This document shows positions 55,310 to 64,000 of a DNA stretch of 64,000 nt, piece after piece. Source of the DNA: Eledone cirrhosa (taxonomy: Eukaryota); NCBI GenBank assembly GCA_964016885.1, contig OZ024742.1:333746001-333810000 (forward strand). The letters run 5' to 3'. The number at the start of each line of letters is the position of its first letter. The stretch's first letter is position 1. A program made the position numbers and the translations under genes. Below the pieces are notes generated by a model. That model was not told the origin of the DNA, searched no databases, and saw nothing but the letters and a program-made list of their open reading frames with translations.

Positions 55310-55667
55310 GAGTGATTCATTAAAATAGGAAATATTGCTTAAGCGTAATCAACATTCACCTAGAACTACTCTTAGATATTGCACTTGCATCTCTCTCATG
55401 CTATCAATATGCTACTTACACATTTGGGCGCGGCGATGTTCAGCTGAACATGGAGACAGTTGAGTGGAACAAGTGGTGCGATGCCCTAATGAAAAGTAAT
55501 CCTCCAGCAACTTGGTAAATGCCCGCTCAGCAATTGCAAAATTTCATCGAAGAATATTTATGAAGATATAAATCTTAGCGTCTTTATATAGAAGCGAAAC
55601 AGTGAGTGTATTCTGTTATTAATTTTGGCAATATTATTACACAAATATGACCCTCCCCAAGTATAAT

Positions 55668-55739
<72 letters not shown>

Positions 55740-55778
55740 ACAGGAGGCTGGACTGGTGTAAATCCTTGAAAGGTTTAT

Positions 55779-55838
55779 AATACTATGATCATTTCAATGA
55801 CCGGGGTCAGTATGAATCCGGTGATATCATCAGGTATT
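55779..55838 (-). ncRNA. Type I hammerhead ribozyme motif
   Basis: Minus strand: aatac-CTGATGA-tatcaccgg...ccggtcatt-GAAA-tgatca-TA-gtatt; perfect stem I, ATGATCAT palindromic stem III, AUA triplet. Confidence 0.85.
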
Positions 55839-55982
55839 CGAAATATAACAAAGGAATATAACAGATAAAATCCATGGGGCTGAAAAGCTGAGATAAGAGG
55901 ACGACCGACTATTTAGCAGCTCAGTCGGTCGCCCATTTTGGGATTGTTCGATTTTTCATATATATATATATATATATATATA

Positions 55983-58900
55983 TGAAAAATAGAACAATCC
56001 CAAAATGGAACAAATCCCTCGGAGACAGAAAATCCTCCTTCTGGAAGATGATACAAAATCACAACAAAGCGGAGATATATGAAAAATGACTTAACTCAAC
56101 CCCTGTAACTCTCCCCCGTAAAATCAAATAATACCGATTCCAAATGAATCCGAGACTCAAATACTCAGGGAAAGAATGGCATTGGAAAACATGAAGACAG
56201 AAATTGAACTTCTTAAATTTAGGGCCCAGATAAATGAGGAAAAAATCAAAATCTCCTTTAAATCAACAATAAGCCTGAAGGCCCCCAACGTAGAGAAGTT
56301 CTCTAAATTATGGAAAGAGGACTGCAACAGAGAGGAGCTTAAAACGCTTCAACGCTGGGAAAAAAGTGCCGCCTGGTTCCTAAGCTATGAATCCATTTTT
56401 CAAACCGATTACACCTCCAATAACCCGTTCATAAAAATAGGAAAAGCCATAACCTAACTGCACAACAACTGCGCAAACCTCCCAGCTAATAACAAAAGAA
56501 GAAGGAAGCCCCACACCCAAGATGAACTTCCCAACCCTCTTCCATAAGGAGGAACAAAAACCCTAGAATGACATTTACAACTTTCCCCCTTTAAGGAGAT
56601 ACCATATCAAATCACTCAACTACTACGCGGATGCCTCATCGGCAAACATAGGGAAAAGATACCACTACCATGATAGACGTAAGACCTTCCCCGCCACAAG
56701 GGGACAGCAAGGTAATTTCCATTTTCTCAACTCTCGCTTCCACAATACATAACAAACCCACACCACACGATACAACCAACAACGTAGGCCACCTATAACA
56801 CCACAATCCAACATGGCACATAGAAACACACATCCATACTCGCAATACATTCAATCGCAATATATTCAATCCACAACCACGTACCCGAAACACATTTTAC
56901 AACAACAAGGAATATAACAAACACAAGAGACCACTTAACATCAGCAGAAAAACCCCTCTACCCCAACCATTTTTTAGACACAACACACAGATACAGGCAA
57001 ACGAAATAGCACAAGACAGGGAGGAGAAACCCAGAGTAATAAAAATTATCAATTTAACTAGTGCAGAACCAACTCCCAACCTTATGAACTTACTCTCCAA
57101 AGGTCTTAAATTCCCCCCCCCCCCCCCTCCAACGTCCAAACTACTATGAAATGAAAAAGACATCACAGCATTCTGTAGAAAGTTACGACTCGGTGTAGAA
57201 CTAGTTGACCAGTACAATGAGGATGAATCATTAGCCAGAAATAGAAGCAACTACACTCCATCAAAAGGTAGTCATAAAATCCTGGACGAATTCTGTGAAC
57301 ACATCACAAACTTCCCTTACCAACACTTGCACAGACAAAAACACAAGCCAAACCTCATCAAGAAAGAATGGGAATAATTAAATAGAATAAAAAGCTACAG
57401 AACTATTACAATTAAAGAGGCTGATAAAGGGTGTGCAGTAGTCCTAATGGAGACAGAATTCTATATCAACTTAGCGCTCTACACTTTGGAAACGAAAGAT
57501 ATTACGAAAAGGCTGAACACTACCATCAACAGAAAATGATGAGAAACCTGAAAACTCTGATCAACCCATACAACGAATTCAGCTTCATCGCAGACTTCAC
57601 GAGTAAATTCAGCCTTTTCTACGGTATCCCTAAAGTACATACACGCGAATTAATAAGTAAGGCATGCAAGGAAGCCACAGACTTAGTCATCACTGTCCCC
57701 TCACCTAATGATCGCAAATTAAGACCTGTAATAACAGGCCCCGCTTGCGAAACCCACTGCCTTAGCAACTTCATTGATACGCTTCTCAAGCTTTTTCTCA
57801 AACACATTAAAAGCTACGTAGGGGACGACCTAGATATGCTCAACCACCTCCCTAATATACCCCTTACTGAACAAACCCTGCTAGTGACATTCGATGTAAT
57901 CAAACTATACTCCAACATCCCCACAACCTAGGAATAGAAGCTATCCAATTCTGGCTGGATAATTACCCGAATGAACTCCCACAACGCATCAAAAAAGAAT
58001 TTGTGATAGAAGGACTCAAATTTATCTTGGAGAATAATTACTTCGTTTTCAATAACAAATTCTACAGGCAGAAATCTGGGTTCGCTATGGGAATGAAAAC
58101 GGCCCCCCGCTTATGCCAACCTAGTCATGGGATACATGTAAATCCCCCTCTACACTAAAGTACTAAACAAATTTGGAAACACTCTCCATTTACACATAGA
58201 AAAGAACTGGAAGAGATATCTAGGTGACTGCTTCATCCTTTGGCACGAAAACATCGAGAAAATGAAGAATTTCATACCCTTATAAATGGGCTCCACACGA
58301 ATATTAATTTTAGAATGGAATACAGCCATCAACAACTCCCCTTCCTCGACATCCTCATTAAGATTCATAACAAAAAAATAGAAACAGACATATACTACAA
58401 GCCCACAGACTCCAAGCAATATCTTCCTTTCAATTCATGCCACCCTAGACATGTTAAAATTAACATTCCCTACAACTTAGCCAAGAGGATCTGTACTATA
58501 GTTTCCAATAAAAACACCTGTTACTTACGTCTACAAGAACTAAAGGACACACTCATAAGCAGGGACTACCGTGCATCACTAATTCACAATGGAATCCAAC
58601 GTGCCCTAAAATTCAGTACCCAGGACCTTAGACACCCTAAAGTAAATCAACCGACATTAAAAGCTCTTCCATACATCTCCACACACAACCCTGTCAACAA
58701 TGAGGCCTTTGACACCATCCTCCAGAACATCCCTGTATTAAAAAAAAGGACCATAGAATGAACCAAATCCTTCGATCACACGATATCATAAAGAGCCAAA
58801 GACAATCTATGGCAATGAAAAACATCCTAACACATGCCAAAGTACTGCCAACCACAACAACGAAATTCACAGTAAAAAATGCAATAGACCCAACTGTGGT

Positions 58901-59090
58901 ATATGCATCGATCTAATAGAGGGTTCGTAATTCTATTTCAAACAAGGACAAAGTTTTATAGTAAAACACAATTTCACATGCGCATCAGAAAACCTAATAT
59001 ATGTATTAAATTGCTCAGGTTGTCGAGAACAATATATAGGCCAGACTAAAAACAGCCTCCACTAACGCATGACTATCCATAGATCACAAT
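55983..59090 (+). mobile_element. Penelope-like element (Neptune-type), RT + GIY-YIG, frameshifted, 3'-truncated
   Basis: IKEADKG, FYGIPKVH, LRPVI, LVTFDVIKLYSNIP, GFAMG, WKRYLGD (YxDD mutated), LPFLDI, YYKPTD...SCHP, CNRPNCGIC linker, NLIYVLNCSGCREQYIGQT. Confidence 0.9.
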
Positions 59091-59799
59091 GACATACGTA
59101 AACACACATGTTCTATGGTGCAACACAAATATGCACAAATTCGCATACCTTTTGATGTTTATAGATATACACGTGCCGACACGCGCACATACACATACGC
59201 ACACATGTATTGCACATTTATGGGTGTATACATATTTGGACACAAGTATCCCATACGGCAGGGCCTAATGGATTCCCCTTGCAGTACGTACAATCTGGAC
59301 TCACACACGCCTTGTTGTTATGACATTACTATACATCATTTCAACTCTTTTATTATTGATGTTATTGATGTTCTTTTGAGAGAATCGTTTTTGCAAATGA
59401 CTGAAAATATCGAATAATGTACGCCATTTTTACCAGTACCACAAAAATACTTCTCCATCCACACACACAGACACGCACGCGCATGACACGCGAACACTAA
59501 CATACAGACAGACATACACACACACACATATCTCCGTATAAGACAACAGCTGAAAAATATGTTGCAACATGTTAAAATAACCCCCCCCCCCCACACACAC
59601 ACACACGTACACACACATTCCTACTGACCGATTCATTTCCATTTTCACAACAATGAACCACTTTGCTACACACACACACACACACACACACATATTTGTC
59701 TTAATAGACACCCGAACTGTTGACCTCTCAACATGTCTGCAACCCAATCAAGCGGAAAAGGACACTCTTCGACAAACCAACATTTGGCGCGAAACCAGC

Positions 59800-60137
59800 C
59801 CGCGCTAAAATCAATTTAAACATTCACGTGACTTCTACCGACCAATCAAAATTGTTTTGGCTACTAGAATTTTTGCAACACGAATTGGTGCGAATTTTAT
59901 ATTGCTTTTTCACGTGACATTGAACAACCAACCAAATCTTAATACCTCTCAAGCCACTTTTTTCACATAAAACAGGAAGGATTTCTCAAACTGATCAGTT
60001 TAGAGCAAAAATCGCGTGCAATCTATCTCAAAATTATTTTTGAAAAGCATAAGAAATGCGCAACCGGTAAAAACTTAAAACTAACCATTTTCTTTTCCTT
60101 TTTATATCACAACTCGTGTGTCACACCTCTATTTTTT
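59800..60137. repeat. Diverged second member of the repeat family at ~53950-54436
   Basis: Shared tttgaaaagca.aagaa.tgcg.aaccggtaaa and terminus actcgtgt...acacctc...tatttt. Confidence 0.7.
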
Positions 60138-60517
60138 TAAAATCAATATATATATATAACGTGTGTATGTAAGTATACATTTCTATATATAGCTGGTTTA
60201 TCTGACAGTCTTTTGAGCATTTTAGAATTTCTTAGGTCCTCTGTATCCTGACTTCAGAGCATGTAGATGTCCATCACTTAATGTTATTCCGATTGATAAA
60301 GTAAATACAATCCTATTGATGATGCAGTAAACTCTCCTCCGGTTGTCATATTCTTGAAGTTCCGTATGTATTATTAATGAATTTACCTCTTTACCGCACT
60401 TCCCATGTGATACCATATCTAAGTTCCTAGAATACCCATGACATTGAGTGCCTTCGCTGATAGGAGCAACAGAATCAAGGTCCCAGCAACCAATTATGAA
60501 ACACACCATAACGCCAG

Positions 60518-60590
<73 letters not shown>

Positions 60591-60708
60591 TCATTAGTTA
60601 AGCAAAACAAGACCACACATTTTACAATTCAATAATTCACCAATCTCTCCTCTCTTATCTCCACACCTATCTCCCTCTCTCTCTTTAAGATTGGTTACTC
60701 TTGAACTG

Positions 60709-60776
<68 letters not shown>

Positions 60777-60855
60777 TAGATATGTATATATATATTTGTG
60801 TCGTTGGTTCTGTATGTATAGAGATAGCGATAGGTACATTTATAATGTAATACAT

Positions 60856-61466
60856 GGTGGCTGCCAACTCGTTTTCGAGTAAGGCCACTACTTTATATCC
60901 ATGTAGGAGAACCCCTACTGATACGCTGAGCGAGTGTGACTTTTTAGTCCAGCCAGCGACTTGAAAACTTTGGTACAAACACTACACTTGTGACAATTAT
61001 TGACACATAGTGCTGGGCCCATCGTACATGTGACGACAAGTGCAGAGAGATCTTCAGATATAAAGCAATGCCTGTGCCGTGAAGCTTTTATAGTGAGCAA
61101 AGGCACTGCATAAAGCCAGTCCCACTCTCTTAACCAAGATGATATTTACCAAAAAGAAGAACAAGTCAACATCATTGGATATCTTCAGGGTTGCAGGTGT
61201 TAGATCAGAGTTTTCCTCCTCCTAGAATTCTGCCTTGACAAAGGCTAAGGGGTCATCTCTCCCGGTGATTTTGGATGGCCATTGACTCTTAAGAGTTCCT
61301 TTGCCCTTTGACAGGTTTTGTTTTTAGTCCTGCAGGATGTCCAAAGTCACCCTCCTCACCAAGAAACCTTGGTGGGGTTGCCAGTTTAGTCGCCAACGAC
61401 CCGACCATGGGACAGGTTGTACTGGGATACATGTTACCAGTAGCACCAACTGGTGACCTGACATAC
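60856..61466 (-). mobile_element. 611-bp non-autonomous RTE derivative (5'UTR fused to ORF C-terminus and 3' end) with 12-bp TSD
   Basis: TSD aatgtaatacat at 60844-60855 and 61467-61478; RTE 5'UTR motif ctaggaggaggaaaactctga; C-terminal CSVCTKVFKSLAGLKSHTR finger; 3' hairpin actcg-aaaa-cgagt. Confidence 0.8.
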
Positions 61467-61486
61467 AATGTAATACATACATACAT

Positions 61487-61546
<60 letters not shown>

Positions 61547-61990
61547 AAAAAGTCGCTTCCTTGTTCAATCATCTTACCAGAAGTCTAACATTATTTGTTT
61601 AAGCGGACAGTACTTGATTTAGGAGCCGCAGAAACCCAAATACTGGATTTTACCAACCGTCCAGGGGTCCGGGTAAATTTTCAATCACATATATTTGTTT
61701 GTTTGACCCGAATTACTTGGTCGTTTTTATGGCTTGCGGATGATTGCTTAACCATCGTCTCAGTGTGTTGTAGCTCTGGTTCATCTGAATCATTTAGCGC
61801 TTGCCACACATCTCGGAAGTTGTTTTTCGTTAATTCCTAAGCCGATATACGATTCTCGCTAATTTATATTATATATATTCTAGTCGATCGACTTTCGTCA
61901 AATCGGACCGAGGAAACTATGTTTCCGTTGGTCTTTCCAATTGCTAATACTATCTATCGGTCGCAACTCCAGGTAGAAGGAGCAACGTGA

Positions 61991-62026
<36 letters not shown>

Positions 62027-62592
62027 ACAAAGGAATTGTGGTGAGGAACCAGATGGACCATAAGGCAGAAATAGCCGTCGAAACGGCTTGAGCTCTGCGG
62101 TCGGGCTCATACTCTTTCCTATATATATATATATGGGTGGGCGTGCATCTGCATTTGATGCTGCACTTAAGGATTGTTTTAATATATATATATGAAAGTG
62201 TATAGACCACATGAAATATATAATTAAAAAAAAATCTTTTTGGTTTTTGTAAAAGTGCATTTGCGGAAAGAATCATTGTTATCACTAACCGGTCTCTGCT
62301 ATCATGATATTTTCAAACCATAATATGCTGCTGGTGTGTTTGTGTGCTTATGTGTTTTACAGAAATGGTTAACATAGAAACAGAGGAAATAACCATGAAT
62401 ATTTTTGCAAATGCCCAACAATGTTTTGCAGGAACTAATTTATTTTCAATGTGTTCTTTAAATTTACATTTGTTTATAAGAATATATATTACATGGATCT
62501 ATATTACATCTAATTATTATATCTTCCTATATAACGTGAATTCACTTCCCACACACACACACACACAAACAAACACACACACACATACACAC

Positions 62593-62631
<39 letters not shown>

Positions 62632-62734
62632 AACAGACAAACACACACACACATACACATACACATACCCATACACATACACATACACCCCCCTTCCATC
62701 ACACACACAAACAGACACATACCCCCCCCCCCCC

Positions 62735-62777
<43 letters not shown>

Positions 62778-62882
62778 TATACCCGCCTGTATCCTCTGTA
62801 TCATGTATTAATTTCTCCCTCAGCCTATTTTTCACTGATACAAGGGATTCAATCCCCTTTCTTGACCGGTATATCATGTGGT

Positions 62883-63345
62883 AAGTTGTATTTCTGTCTG
62901 TTTCTTTGTTTGTTTGTTCACGAACTACTCCTATGGTTTGGGAGATAGACCCCATAACCATATATATTCTGAAACTACATTGCCCAGTTAACTTGGATAT
63001 GTATATTTCATTTTATTCAAAGGGCTACGGGGGTGCATAAACCCCCGCTGAATATATTTTCCTTTCGATATATATGAAATTTAAACCATAGGTAAATGAC
63101 AGGATATGATGCCTATTCACAAAACATTTGATTTGATATTTTGAAAACAATTATTTACAAGAAACAAAATAAGATTTAACAATGTAATTTTGATTTGATA
63201 TATTACAAAAAGTAATGTTTTCCAATTTTTCATGCATTACATTTTACATTGAGTAATATTGAAATGCAGAGTTTTTCTCCATACATATCATTTAAAATCA
63301 ATCACCATGTTCTTACAAAAAACAAGGCGCGGATATTTCGGCTCG
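62883..63345 (+). mobile_element. Non-autonomous Helitron-like element, second copy with 3' end
   Basis: Homologous to 10697-11238 (single internal unit); ends with GC-rich ggcgcggatatttcgg-CTCG|T, resembling CTRR|T. Confidence 0.6.
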
Positions 63346-64000
63346 TATATATATAATGAAATAGATCGATGTATCACTTGGAGAATGATTAAATGTATGT
63401 TAGTGTGTACGTTTCCCGTAATATAGAAAATAGTGTCATAGGATCCTACTTGTTTCCAAGGTAATTTTCTGTATCATGAGTTCTTCAATATGTTGCTGGC
63501 TTAGAAGAGATACATGTTGTTAAACCTTAATTTATAAATTTGATTGAATCGCGGAGAAAAGAACTAACAGTGTAACATGACAATTTAATGGTATTTGTAT
63601 GTGCACGTTCGATTCTCCTATAGAAGAACTACACGAGGCAAGCACTTCTTTTGTACTGTTTAATTAAGAAACTTTTTCGTTTCTTTTTCATTTCGTTTCC
63701 AACCCTACTCTTTGATGAGAAGAATGTAATGCATTCACATTTATTATATATATATATATATATATATATACGGGAATTTTGATTCCGATATCAAAACTGC
63801 AGCAACTACGGTATATACACTTGCTTGGCAGTAACTACAATAGAAGCAACATTACATACAACATATATGATACATAGAATATACAAAGTATGGGAAGGAC
63901 TAAAGGATTGTTTTGCTATTACATGCCAAAAGAATAGTTCATAGATTCCCTATATACGTTTAATAATAGAAGCAGAACATACTTGGGTAAAGGAAAAATA

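Overview
AT-rich, microsatellite-dense eukaryotic intergenic or intronic DNA. It is probably from an octopod cephalopod, an inference from the dominant ~200-bp tRNA-type SINE, which I recognise from memory and did not search. No host gene can be supported, and most short ORFs in the track are microsatellite artefacts. The window is a graveyard of transposable elements: an internally deleted Ty3/Gypsy LTR element (4414-7360), RTE LINE pieces, three Tc1/mariner relics, a Helitron-like non-autonomous family, two Tx1-type LINEs, two R4/Dong-type RLE LINEs, two Penelope-like elements (Hydra-like and Neptune-like) and about 11 SINE copies. Hidden in the non-coding DNA are six hammerhead ribozyme (HHR) motifs with complete cores plus degenerate ones. 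Three of them (820-893, 12560-12615, 55779-55838) differ in sequence yet share an unusual stem II with a C.C mismatch at the 4th pair and an AUH cleavage triplet. Other notable items: a 308-bp TG...CA element with 31-bp terminal inverted repeats carrying an HHR core; a TSD-flanked RTE-derived mini-element with a highly structured 5' end; a hairpin-headed repeat family; repeated inverted duplications anchored on (TA)n tracts; and a Tx1 LINE nested in the (TAA)n tail of a Dong LINE. All structures were folded by eye; no searches or computations were run.
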